Shown here piece by piece: positions 1 through 9,095 of a stretch of 64,000 nt of DNA. The translations under genes and the position numbers were made by a program. Every line of letters begins with the position of its first letter. Position 1 is the first letter of the stretch. A model generated the notes under the pieces. The model ran no database searches, had not been told where the DNA came from, and saw nothing but the letters and a program-made list of their open reading frames with translations. Origin of the DNA: a virus; the IMG/VR virus record IMGVR_UViG_3300028454_000036; one strand, 5' to 3'.

Positions 1-30
1 GGAAGAATCAAACGGCTCGGTTATGAATCA

Positions 31-327
31 GTGAAGTCATTTAAAACAGCTAGGCGTGGCGGCGATATGGAGCAGACCTGGCACATAGAAGAGCGAATAC
101 TTTCGCAGACAGTATACAATGAATCGTCGCATACGCGTTACGTAGGGCTAGTCGATGCATCGGGCAAGCGCCATCGGATTGCTGTTAAGCGACTAGTAGC
201 GCAAGCCTTCATTCCAGGATATGACCCTAGTATGACAACTAATTCTATCGCCCTTAAAGATCCGGATCTGCCGATATCTGCAGATAACATTTACTTTGTT
301 AAGCAGAATCGTTATAATCATATATGA
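31..327 (+). CDS. degenerate NUMOD4/HNH-type protein
   Basis: VKRLVAQAFIP resembles the HRLVAxAFIP pre-HNH motif; the HNH residues themselves are not conserved. Confidence 0.5.
   Translation: MKSFKTARRGGDMEQTWHIEERILSQTVYNESSHTRYVGLVDASGKRHRIAVKRLVAQAFIPGYDPSMTTNSIALKDPDLPISADNIYFVKQNRYNHI
307..314 (+). promoter_or_regulatory. AATCGTTA motif (putative early/middle promoter)
   Basis: recurrent motif, 44 nt upstream of the clamp gene. Confidence 0.55.
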
Positions 328-357
328 AACTAGTAAACCATCAAGGAGGGAAACTAA

Positions 358-1464
358 ATGAAATTTACGTTATCGACTAAGCCGCTCAGCAATGCGCTGG
401 ACTTAGGTGTAATCAACGCTAACATCTCTAAGTTCTACCGCACAAGCTGCTTAGCTCAGTTAACTGCTTCTAAGAACACACTCCGAATCAACTTAGAGGC
501 AAGCTTCATCAAATCTGAGCTTCTTCTTAGAGGATCAGGTGATGCTGATGAAGAAGTAGTATCATTTGTAGATTGTGCAGTTCTCAAGTCTCTTATCAGC
601 ACAATTGAAACATCCACAGTTACAATTGAATTCGTAGAAGGCGGTATCGTCATTCATTCCGGATCTTCTAAGTTCAACTTGCCGAGTTTAGTAAGTGGTG
701 CAGACGGCGTGTCATTGTCTCGCCCTGAAGTGAACAATGATCCATCTGCGGCTACTATCAAGTTAGCATCTGACGATTGGAAGTTCATTAAGAACTATCA
801 GTTGTATGCTGCTGCAAGCTCATTCGTTCATCCTATCTACACTCGTGTATGGGTAGGCGCTGACGGTAACGTCATTGTCGGTGATATCGACAACACATTG
901 TTTACATTCTCTAAGAAGGGCCACTTAGGTACAACATGTTTGTTATCTGATACAATCATCAACCTTCTCGAGAGCCTTCCGGAAGGAGCTCAGATTACAC
1001 AGATGGGAACAAGCTATCGCGTAGAGGTATCTACTGATGCATTTGATTACGCTGCTCAGTTTACTCCTCAGTATGAGTCTGAAGAGGGAGTAGGTAGTTA
1101 CGAATCTGCTATCTTTTTAGAGAAGTCACAGTTGGATCCTGCTAATCAGATCAAGGTATCTATCGCACCGGTGAAGAAGTTCTTAAGCCAGGCTGAGTTG
1201 CTTTCTTCTGCAGGCGGAGCTATTGAGCTATCCTATTCCGCAGGGCAGCTCAGCTTAAAGGACGATAACATCGATTGTAAGGTTGCTGTAGAAGGAACTT
1301 GTAGCGATTTCACTTCTCAGTTCGATTTCTCTAACTTGAAGCTCATCTTAGGTAACATCGATGAAGAGACCGCTAATATTTCTCCTATCATTGAAGAAGG
1401 TGTTACAGTAGGAATTCTCGTAGGAACTCCTAACCTGACTGTTCTTCTCGGAGGACTTGAATAA
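358..1464 (+). CDS. dnaN: DNA polymerase III beta sliding clamp-like protein
   Basis: 368 aa, MKFTLS start, SGSSKFNLP segment typical of beta clamps, next to clamp-loader genes; GGAGG RBS. Confidence 0.75.
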   Translation: MKFTLSTKPLSNALDLGVINANISKFYRTSCLAQLTASKNTLRINLEASFIKSELLLRGSGDADEEVVSFVDCAVLKSLISTIETSTVTIEFVEGGIVIHSGSSKFNLPSLVSGADGVSLSRPEVNNDPSAATIKLASDDWKFIKNYQLYAAASSFVHPIYTRVWVGADGNVIVGDIDNTLFTFSKKGHLGTTCLLSDTIINLLESLPEGAQITQMGTSYRVEVSTDAFDYAAQFTPQYESEEGVGSYESAIFLEKSQLDPANQIKVSIAPVKKFLSQAELLSSAGGAIELSYSAGQLSLKDDNIDCKVAVEGTCSDFTSQFDFSNLKLILGNIDEETANISPIIEEGVTVGILVGTPNLTVLLGGLE

Positions 1465-2230
1465 GATGTTCAGGTCCGCTAATTTGCTTGCACACACAGT
1501 AAAGTTTAATTCAGACGCTAGCGCTAAGCTCCTAGAGACATATGATGAAGTTACACAAGCCGAATTAGTGGCTGCATCATCTGAGCCTAAGCATCGAACA
1601 TTTGCTCCAAGCCAATTTCGATGCGACCGGATTAGCTGGTTTCGGTTGAGGGGAGTACAACCAGATAAGGTCGCCCAAGCAGACACTGCTCTGGACTTTA
1701 CTGCTGTTGTAGGGACAGCTTGCCATGAAATGATTCAGCGGCGGCTGTCAGGAACAGCGGCTTGGTTAGATGTTGAGAAGCATCTAGCTGAGCACTGCTT
1801 GTTTCCGTATACATGCGAATCTAAAGGATATGAGACACTCATTGAGATAAATGATCCACCTGTTCGATTTGCATGTGATGGTCTTGTAGAGATTTCCGGT
1901 CAACGTTATCTACTAGAGATAAAGTCATCTGAGTATTCATCTTTTCAGGACCTAACAGAACCTAAGGAGCGACACATTGATCAGGTGAAATGCTATTGTG
2001 CATTGATCAATGTAGAAAATGCTCTTGTATTATACATCGATAGACAGTACGGTGACATGAAATGCTTCCAGGTTCGTGTGCCCCTATATCAACGCGAGGA
2101 TGTAATTTCTCGTATGAAGAAGGTAATGGATCTTGCAGAAGCACGCATTGCACCCGATAGATTGCCTAAGGGTGATCCCTGGTGCTCATCTAGCATGTGC
2201 CCGTATTATCAGAAATGTAAGGAGTGGTAA
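1457..2230 (+). CDS. Cas4-like PD-(D/E)XK exonuclease with Fe-S cysteines
   Basis: PSQFRC, GTACHE, DGL..LLEIKS, HxxQVxxY and C-terminal C..CPY..C motifs. Confidence 0.8.
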   Translation: MNKMFRSANLLAHTVKFNSDASAKLLETYDEVTQAELVAASSEPKHRTFAPSQFRCDRISWFRLRGVQPDKVAQADTALDFTAVVGTACHEMIQRRLSGTAAWLDVEKHLAEHCLFPYTCESKGYETLIEINDPPVRFACDGLVEISGQRYLLEIKSSEYSSFQDLTEPKERHIDQVKCYCALINVENALVLYIDRQYGDMKCFQVRVPLYQREDVISRMKKVMDLAEARIAPDRLPKGDPWCSSSMCPYYQKCKEW

Positions 2231-2231
2231 T

Positions 2232-2540
2232 ATGAAAATCGAGAGAAAAGAGCCCGTAAGCGACGTCAATGTTGTAACACTTTCTACAGCTACATACAAC
2301 AAGCTGAAGAATGAGAACATGAGAGGTCGCATGTTTCTAGATTACATTTTAGATCAGTCTACCTACTCACGTGAAAGAGACGCTCTGGTAGTAGATTCTG
2401 AAACAGTAGTAACTGCACTCCAGTTTTGCTATGCAGACCTTTACAAGAGACAAGTAGAATCTGCGAAAGCAGAGCTAACACAAGTAAGAAGAAACGACGA
2501 CGAAGTGGAGCTCACTGAATCTGTCGGAGACGAGGAGTAA
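2232..2540 (+). CDS. hypothetical protein
   Basis: ATG at 2232 after GGAG; fills the gap between the nuclease and dnaX. Confidence 0.7.
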   Translation: MKIERKEPVSDVNVVTLSTATYNKLKNENMRGRMFLDYILDQSTYSRERDALVVDSETVVTALQFCYADLYKRQVESAKAELTQVRRNDDEVELTESVGDEE

Positions 2541-2542
2541 CT

Positions 2543-4891
2543 ATGGCAGAGAATTTAGCCTCTAAGTATCGACCGAAGACATTAGATGACATCACTGAGC
2601 AGGGACTTGTTGTTGACATCATCCGCAACATCTGTAGTGCAGATACTATCTCAAACAGAAACTTCCTGTTTGTGGGGCCTCCGGGCTGTGGAAAGACAAC
2701 TTCGGCCCGTTGCATCGCTAACATATTGAATGAAGGAAAGGGCGAGCCGATTGAAATGGATGCTGCATCTCACAGCGGGGCAGCTGATATGCGTGAGATT
2801 GTCAATCAAGCCATGACCTATCCTGTTGGAATGAATTACAAGATATTCATAATTGACGAGTGTTTTCATGAAGATACACTTATAGCTACTAATCATGGCG
2901 AAGTTAGAATATCGTCTGTACGCAGAGGAGATATAGTGCAGGGCTTAGGTGAAGATCACCGAGTATTGAACGTCTTTAAGAATAAAGTAAGCCCGCTACG
3001 CTTAACAATCATTCATACTAATTCAAGGGACATATTAACAACTTGCGATCACTTATTCATGACTGATGAGGGGTGGGTAGAAAGCAAGAATCTTGAGAAA
3101 GGTTGTGTGATTTATGGGAAGAGTGACGAAGCCCTGCGTAGTATGCGGCAAGATGTTCGAGAGCTACGAATCGGACCATCGACAAGCTTGTGGGAGAGAA
3201 TGTGGGGAGATTCTCCGCAAACGGAATCTGACGAAATTCCATCAGAATTACAATCCGACTGGCTACACGAAAGAGTGTCCCGTATGCAAGAAGAAATTTT
3301 ACACTCCGAAATCAGTGGATGCTATAACGTGTTCTGCGAAGTGTGGCAATATATGGAGGGTGCAGCAAGGCCGTTCGGACAAGCAACAACAGACTTGGCT
3401 AAGTCACAGATACTTATTTACTTGTCCGATATGTGGAAAGCAGGAATGGGTGAGAAAGAAAGAACCGAAGAAGTATTGCTCAGTCCAGTGCCAGGGAGCA
3501 GCCAAGCATCTTCAACATGTCCAGCAAGCGAAGCAGCGTATCGCTGTTTGCGAGATTTGTGGGAAAGAGTTTCATCCGAAATCAACTGGAGTCCGGACAT
3601 GCTCGCAGAAGTGCAGGAATATTCTGATTGGGCGTATGCAAATGGGCACTCCTCGACCAGCATCGTCAGAATGGATGAAGAATCACAATCCAATGAGCAA
3701 TCCAGAGACGGTGAAGAAGACGTTAGCTACGAAAGAGAAAAATGGGACATTGCACATCGCACCTGTTATGCGTGGTGGAAATGGTTCCTACACAGAGCCT
3801 CAGATGCGACTTTATCATGCTCTGGGGGACCAGTGGATATTGGAGTATCCTGTAAAGACGCACGCTCCGAGGCACAACGAAATGGGGTATCCTACGAATT
3901 ACAAAGTAGACCTAGGACGTCCCGATATTCAGCTAGCGATCGAGGTGGATGGTGTAGACCACAATATGAAATCTCACAAATCGCTAGATCAAAAGAAGAC
4001 GGAATGCTTGGAGAACTTAGGGTGGACAGTATTGAGATTTACCAACCAGGATATAATGACCAATCTTTCGAGCGTTATTTCAGCCATTCAGAACTGCATA
4101 GCGAATATGTAGATATGTACGATCTTGAAGTAGAGGGTCACCCTTCTTATTTTGCTAATGGATGCTTAGTGCATAACTGCCATTCTCTGAGCCAGCAGGC
4201 TTGGCAAGCTGCATTGAAGACGCTAGAAGAGCAGCCAGCTAAGAGCATGTTCTTGCTATGCACAACTAACCCTGAGAAGATTCCGGCAACTATATTGTCA
4301 CGAGTACAGACATTCCAGCTATCTAAGATCAGCTTAGATGGAATCAACAAGCGATTGCATTATATCATTGATCAGGAGAATGCAGAAGGTCGAGGCATCA
4401 AAGCAGATGACGATGCAGTCCTTTACATCAGCAAGATGGCTAACGGAGGTATGCGAGATGCAATCACATTGCTCGATAAGGCACTTGCTTACAGCAATGA
4501 AGTGTCCTTAACAACCATTCAGCAGGCTCTCGGATTGCCTAACTACGATACTTACTTCGACCTACTCAACGCACTAGTTAAGAAGGACAACAGTAAGATC
4601 ATAGCTATTGTAAATGAAGTATACAATTCCGGAGTAAACTTCGTGAAGTGGTTCGAGAACTTCTTTGCATTCATCACTAACATTGTGAAGTATATCTACT
4701 TGCAGGATATCAATCAGACGATGATTCCAGCTACGTATCAAGAAAAGATCAAAGGGTACGGAGCGCAGCATGCAGCTCTATGCTTAAAGATATGTAACCG
4801 TCTAGCCGTGTTAAACGGCGAGCTACGCTCCTCTCAGTATTTACAGGAGTTAGCTATCTACTATTTATGTACACCGTCAGCAAAGGGGTAA
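2543..4891 (+). CDS. dnaX: clamp loader gamma/tau subunit (DnaX) precursor containing an intein
   Basis: LASKYRP, Walker A GPPGCGKT, EMDAAS, Walker B IIDE/CH split by the intein, LKTLEE, TILSR, GGMRDA. Confidence 0.93.
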   Translation: MAENLASKYRPKTLDDITEQGLVVDIIRNICSADTISNRNFLFVGPPGCGKTTSARCIANILNEGKGEPIEMDAASHSGAADMREIVNQAMTYPVGMNYKIFIIDECFHEDTLIATNHGEVRISSVRRGDIVQGLGEDHRVLNVFKNKVSPLRLTIIHTNSRDILTTCDHLFMTDEGWVESKNLEKGCVIYGKSDEALRSMRQDVRELRIGPSTSLWERMWGDSPQTESDEIPSELQSDWLHERVSRMQEEILHSEISGCYNVFCEVWQYMEGAARPFGQATTDLAKSQILIYLSDMWKAGMGEKERTEEVLLSPVPGSSQASSTCPASEAAYRCLRDLWERVSSEINWSPDMLAEVQEYSDWAYANGHSSTSIVRMDEESQSNEQSRDGEEDVSYEREKWDIAHRTCYAWWKWFLHRASDATLSCSGGPVDIGVSCKDARSEAQRNGVSYELQSRPRTSRYSASDRGGWCRPQYEISQIARSKEDGMLGELRVDSIEIYQPGYNDQSFERYFSHSELHSEYVDMYDLEVEGHPSYFANGCLVHNCHSLSQQAWQAALKTLEEQPAKSMFLLCTTNPEKIPATILSRVQTFQLSKISLDGINKRLHYIIDQENAEGRGIKADDDAVLYISKMANGGMRDAITLLDKALAYSNEVSLTTIQQALGLPNYDTYFDLLNALVKKDNSKIIAIVNEVYNSGVNFVKWFENFFAFITNIVKYIYLQDINQTMIPATYQEKIKGYGAQHAALCLKICNRLAVLNGELRSSQYLQELAIYYLCTPSAKG
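2861..4177 (+). mobile_element. intein (439 aa) in the DnaX Walker B motif
   Basis: starts CFHEDTLI, block B TTCDH, block F YDLEVEGHPSYFANG, ends VHN followed by Cys +1. Confidence 0.92.
3114..4112 (+). CDS. nested +1-frame Zn-ribbon-repeat / DUF559 (Vsr-like) endonuclease inside the intein
   Basis: 332-codon ORF with CxxCGKxF...CSxxC repeats and YKVDL..LAIEVDGxDH..DQKK..L..LGWTVLRFTN; GAAAGG upstream. Confidence 0.85.
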   Translation: MGRVTKPCVVCGKMFESYESDHRQACGRECGEILRKRNLTKFHQNYNPTGYTKECPVCKKKFYTPKSVDAITCSAKCGNIWRVQQGRSDKQQQTWLSHRYLFTCPICGKQEWVRKKEPKKYCSVQCQGAAKHLQHVQQAKQRIAVCEICGKEFHPKSTGVRTCSQKCRNILIGRMQMGTPRPASSEWMKNHNPMSNPETVKKTLATKEKNGTLHIAPVMRGGNGSYTEPQMRLYHALGDQWILEYPVKTHAPRHNEMGYPTNYKVDLGRPDIQLAIEVDGVDHNMKSHKSLDQKKTECLENLGWTVLRFTNQDIMTNLSSVISAIQNCIANM

Positions 4892-4897
4892 TACGCC

Positions 4898-5419
4898 GTG
4901 AATTTCGATGAAGTAGTAAAGACACATCAAGATGACATCAATCAAGTCCAGAAGTGGGCAGACGAGCAGTACGATGCTTACTTCGGTCCTCACTTTAAGG
5001 AACAGGCAGAGCTATACAAGCGAATCCATTCTAAGTCCTATGTTATTACTGACCAGGACCTTGAGTGGATCCTCACAACTTTGCCGCTAGAATTGATTGC
5101 TGTTTCTGAGGAGGTCAGCAAACTCAAGACTGCTCAAGAAGTCATCAAGATGCACATCAAAGAAGTCGAGAATGACACAATCAACAATCCTGAGATGGGA
5201 GATACTCGCACCAAGCGGCAAGAAGCCGCAGCACAGATAACGGCGGGTGATCGACTTCTCAGCTCTGTGTATACAATAATCTCCGAGAGAGTAGATAAGC
5301 AAGTTTCGTTCTCTAGGGAGTTGATCATGAGTGCCAAGAAGCTGTGGGACGCACGAAAGGAATCTAACATGCTCCTGCCGACTCCCGGATCTCTTGGAGA
5401 ATATGATTTCAATAAATAG
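4898..5419 (+). CDS. hypothetical helical protein (possible recombination mediator)
   Basis: 173-aa helical ORF directly upstream of recA; function guessed from position only. Confidence 0.6.
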   Translation: MNFDEVVKTHQDDINQVQKWADEQYDAYFGPHFKEQAELYKRIHSKSYVITDQDLEWILTTLPLELIAVSEEVSKLKTAQEVIKMHIKEVENDTINNPEMGDTRTKRQEAAAQITAGDRLLSSVYTIISERVDKQVSFSRELIMSAKKLWDARKESNMLLPTPGSLGEYDFNK

Positions 5420-5430
5420 GAGGATATAAG

Positions 5431-6624
5431 ATGTCTCAATATGAACAAATGCTTAACAAGGCAGCGAAGGACTGGAATTGCCCTGATATGTTCACTTCTG
5501 CTAAGCTGAACATTCCTAAGATTCCGTTCTCTGCACCTATGTTAAACTATGCGACATACGGAGGAGTTCCTAGGGGACGAATTAGTGAGTTCTGTGGGGC
5601 TCCAGGTAGCGGTAAGTCATCTACTGCTATTGATGTGTGTCATAACGCTAGAGAGCTATTCAATAGAGAGTTTGAAGAAAAGGTTCAGGACTACCGTAAC
5701 CGTATCGCAAAGGGCAAGAAAGAGTATTCAGGTCCATTGGAGGACTTACTCGACGCAGGTCCTAAGAAGATCCTCTATGCAGATATCGAGCATGGATATG
5801 ACTTTACATGGGCAGCTAAGATGAATATCAAAGAAACTGATTTGGACGTCATGCAGCCGCCTGATGTAGCTGCTGAAAAGATACTTCAGTTCATTCAGGA
5901 TCTTATCGAAGATGGGCAGCTGGGGTTAGTTGTTTTGGATTCTGTGCCTACATTAGCTACCGAAGCTCAGTTAAGTAAGAAGTACGGAGAGAGAACCGTA
6001 GCTTCCTTAGCCGGTCTCATGACTGATTTCCTTCGTAAGATTGTACCGCTTCTCACTAAGCATGATTGTACTCTGATCCTCATCAATCAGATTCGACCTA
6101 ATATGGAGAATCCATATGTTATCAATACGCCTGGCGGTGAAGCTATTAAGTTCTATTCTACATTGAGAATGTTCTTCCGACTCGGAGCACCTGTAGACTT
6201 CGCAGGAAACGAGCTTCCGCAATCTACTGAGAATCCTAGCGGATACATTGTAAACGTTAAGTTACTGAAGCAGAAGGGAGCTGCATTCGATAGAAAGATA
6301 GCATCTTACTTCTTAATGGCTCAGTCAGGAATTCGACCTGATTATGATTACGCTAAGCTAGCAATCAACAAGTACGGAATCATCAAGAAGAGCGGTGGAT
6401 GGTTCACGATGTGCAATCCAGTAACTGGTGAAATCCTTGAGGTTGACGGTAAGCCTGAGAAGGTCAACGGTCAGGTTAAGGTATATGCATATCTAGAGGA
6501 GCATCCAGATTACTATCGACTACTTCAGGAGTATATCTTAGCAGATATCAATGGAGTTGAATTTGATCCGTCATCAATACTCCCAGATGACGTTCCTGTT
6601 ATTGAACAGAACAAGGAGGAATAA
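5431..6624 (+). CDS. recA: RecA/UvsX-like recombinase
   Basis: GGVPRGRISE, GAPGSGKS, VVLDSV, LINQIR, TPGGEAIKFY, KSGGWF. Confidence 0.93.
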   Translation: MSQYEQMLNKAAKDWNCPDMFTSAKLNIPKIPFSAPMLNYATYGGVPRGRISEFCGAPGSGKSSTAIDVCHNARELFNREFEEKVQDYRNRIAKGKKEYSGPLEDLLDAGPKKILYADIEHGYDFTWAAKMNIKETDLDVMQPPDVAAEKILQFIQDLIEDGQLGLVVLDSVPTLATEAQLSKKYGERTVASLAGLMTDFLRKIVPLLTKHDCTLILINQIRPNMENPYVINTPGGEAIKFYSTLRMFFRLGAPVDFAGNELPQSTENPSGYIVNVKLLKQKGAAFDRKIASYFLMAQSGIRPDYDYAKLAINKYGIIKKSGGWFTMCNPVTGEILEVDGKPEKVNGQVKVYAYLEEHPDYYRLLQEYILADINGVEFDPSSILPDDVPVIEQNKEE

Positions 6625-6626
6625 AT

Positions 6627-7136
6627 ATGGCATCTACAAAGGACTATTCGTCCAAACAAGAATCCATGATAGCCGAAGATTTAGGCTGGTCAGTTGTATC
6701 TGGAAGCGGAGCTGCTCCTGCTACACCCGGCGATGTTATCGGAGATGATTGGCTCGGAGAGTGCAAGACACACATGGATAAGACCAAGATCTTCTTCGAC
6801 TACAATGTGTGGGTGAAGATTGAAGCAGAAGCATCTATGCGACATAGAAAGCCTGTTTTGTTTTGCGACGATGGAAGCCAGACCTTAGCAAGTACATGGG
6901 CAGTTTGCTACATGCATAACATCGAGAATCCAAGTAGTATCTTAGCTACAGATGTTCCATTTCCTGTCCGCAAAAACCTGAGCTTCAACTCAGGCGACCA
7001 GCTTCGCTACTTAACTAAGATGAGTAAGGACAACATGGGTGCTTTCTTCCGTGGTATCGTCTTTGAGTACCAGTGGAAAGATTACCATGTAGCTATTATG
7101 CCATACTACACATTCAAGGAGATCTGTGCAAAGTGA
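6627..7136 (+). CDS. Holliday junction resolvase (Hjc-like PD-(D/E)XK)
   Basis: QExxIA..LG..SGSGA..GDV..ECKT. Confidence 0.7.
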   Translation: MASTKDYSSKQESMIAEDLGWSVVSGSGAAPATPGDVIGDDWLGECKTHMDKTKIFFDYNVWVKIEAEASMRHRKPVLFCDDGSQTLASTWAVCYMHNIENPSSILATDVPFPVRKNLSFNSGDQLRYLTKMSKDNMGAFFRGIVFEYQWKDYHVAIMPYYTFKEICAK

Positions 7137-8059
7137 TTGACATTCAGGAATTAGGGCTATCCATCTTAAGCGATAGCCCTAAGAAATTTTATGTACTCGG
7201 TGGGCCTGAATATGGTGTAAAGGACAAGTACTTAGATCATCTCTGGAAGCTCTACGGGAAGAAAGAAGAATATGCACACGTAGAAGATGTCATCAACATG
7301 ATGTCAACTCGCCGATTGATTCCACTTCAGCCGACGCTGTATGTTGTGCGCTATGATGACGCATTCGTCAGCAAGATTGACGGTGTGTATGCAGAAAAGA
7401 TCCGGAAGACAAACATCATAGGAACTATCGTCTGCATATACATTGACGATAAGCACATCAATAAGATTGACAAGTTTCTCCCTGAATGCGTTTGCACTAT
7501 AAGCTTAGTCAATCCTAAGTTTGTAGAGCGATATCTGCATCAAGACTTCCCTAAGCTAGATGATAGATCAATTAGGATCGCAACTGATGCCGGTGACAAC
7601 TACGGTCATTCCAGAAACATCTGCCGGTCTATGTCATGCACAGATGTAGAGGTACTCGCTCGAATGTCTGAGAAAGAGATCTGTTCATTCTTCGGATGTC
7701 ACGATGCTTCTACAGAAAAGAATATCCAAGTAGCAATCGCGGCTCGCAACTTCCCTGCATTCTATTCAGCATTGTCAGAGTATTCCGGTGACTTGTCCAC
7801 AGTCTACTATTCATTCTTGCAGACAATGATTGAATTAGAGAAGATCAAGTCAAGCAAGTACTCGAATTCGGAGTTACGCGACTATGCTAAGGCGTGGTCT
7901 ATAGAAGATATCTACTACATGTTTATGAACGTCTACAAGCATCTGGAGCTATCTAGGTCTAGTCAATCCACTGACATCAGCTGCAGTTTGATTTATCTTG
8001 CGAGTCTATTCACGTTTCAGCATGTACCTAGTCCGGAGGTGATGGAATATGGAGCTTAA
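7133..8059 (+). CDS. clamp loader delta (HolA)-like subunit
   Basis: KFYVLGGPEYGVKDKYL N-terminus resembles HolA; about 308 aa; next to a delta'-like gene; GTG start. Confidence 0.55.
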   Translation: MIDIQELGLSILSDSPKKFYVLGGPEYGVKDKYLDHLWKLYGKKEEYAHVEDVINMMSTRRLIPLQPTLYVVRYDDAFVSKIDGVYAEKIRKTNIIGTIVCIYIDDKHINKIDKFLPECVCTISLVNPKFVERYLHQDFPKLDDRSIRIATDAGDNYGHSRNICRSMSCTDVEVLARMSEKEICSFFGCHDASTEKNIQVAIAARNFPAFYSALSEYSGDLSTVYYSFLQTMIELEKIKSSKYSNSELRDYAKAWSIEDIYYMFMNVYKHLELSRSSQSTDISCSLIYLASLFTFQHVPSPEVMEYGA

Positions 8060-8831
8060 GTGTCAGCAGCAAGCAATGAACAATCTCGCTCAGCTAGCCG
8101 AATCTGGCCGTCAGAGCATTCTAGTAGAAGGCCCTCAGGGATGCGGTAAGAGCTATTTAGCGAAGCAGTTTGCTACTATCTTGATGGTGTCAGACTTTGT
8201 TACGGTACCACCCAAGGTAGCAGATATCAGAGAAGCTATAGATGGATGTTACAACATCAACAACCCTGTCGTGATTTCTATAGAGAATCTCGACTTAGGC
8301 GTACCTGCAGCGTCCTACACATTGCTCAAGTTCCTGGAGGAGCCGTTACCTTATGTCTACATTGTAGTAACTTGCAGGAATTTGAAGGGAGTACCGGATA
8401 CTATCATCAGCCGAAGCGCAGTTGTTTCTGTGGATCCGCCTACGCAAGCAGACCTAGTCACATATGCTTCTCAGATGGATTACGCATCTGCTAATCTTGC
8501 ACATCAGCGAGGTGTATGGTCACTGACTCGTACATTCCAAGATGTAGATGAAGTCCTTCACATGACACCAGACCAGCTATCCTTCTTCGACAAGACAGAT
8601 ACATTCACTGGATTCAGAGACAGCGTATCTACTATTGTATGGAACTGGTCTCATTATACAGATGGCAGGGAATGTAACATAGCATTCTCTATTCGCAAGA
8701 TAATGGAGCTGAACCGCACACCTTTTGTAACTAAGAGCTGTTTAGATACGCTGAGAGAACTATCGACAGGCCGAGTAGCACAGCATGCTATATTATCAAA
8801 GCTAGCATTCAACTTGAAATACTGCGAATAA
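8049..8831 (+). CDS. clamp loader delta' (HolB)-like AAA+ subunit
   Basis: GPQGCGKS, LLKFLEEP, TIISR. Confidence 0.78.
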   Translation: MELKCQQQAMNNLAQLAESGRQSILVEGPQGCGKSYLAKQFATILMVSDFVTVPPKVADIREAIDGCYNINNPVVISIENLDLGVPAASYTLLKFLEEPLPYVYIVVTCRNLKGVPDTIISRSAVVSVDPPTQADLVTYASQMDYASANLAHQRGVWSLTRTFQDVDEVLHMTPDQLSFFDKTDTFTGFRDSVSTIVWNWSHYTDGRECNIAFSIRKIMELNRTPFVTKSCLDTLRELSTGRVAQHAILSKLAFNLKYCE

Positions 8832-8837
8832 TCGTTA
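8830..8837 (+). promoter_or_regulatory. AATCGTTA motif
   Basis: intergenic, 40 nt before the ATG at 8877. Confidence 0.6.
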
Positions 8838-8876
8838 TATACATATACAGAACACTCATAGGAGGAAAACAAAGTA

Positions 8877-9095
8877 ATGGCAAAGACAAAGAAACAGGAC
8901 GGAAGCTTGAAGTACAGCGGTAAGCAGGAAGGCAAGACTACTACCTTCGCAGAGCTTGTTAAAACTCGTACAGATGAGATGCGAGCTAACATTCGCCCAG
9001 GATTCATGACTAAGGTATCATGGATGGGCAAGGAAGCTATTGTATACTCTAAGTCAATCGACGAGCTCACTTCTCCTATTGCACATAATAAGTAA
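8877..9095 (+). CDS. small basic hypothetical protein
   Basis: AGGAGG RBS, 72 aa. Confidence 0.7.
   Translation: MAKTKKQDGSLKYSGKQEGKTTTFAELVKTRTDEMRANIRPGFMTKVSWMGKEAIVYSKSIDELTSPIAHNK

Noticed and set aside
1457..2230. CRISPR-Cas system suggested by the Cas4-like gene
   Set aside because: No repeat-spacer array or other cas gene was seen; stand-alone Cas4-like nucleases are common in phage replication modules.
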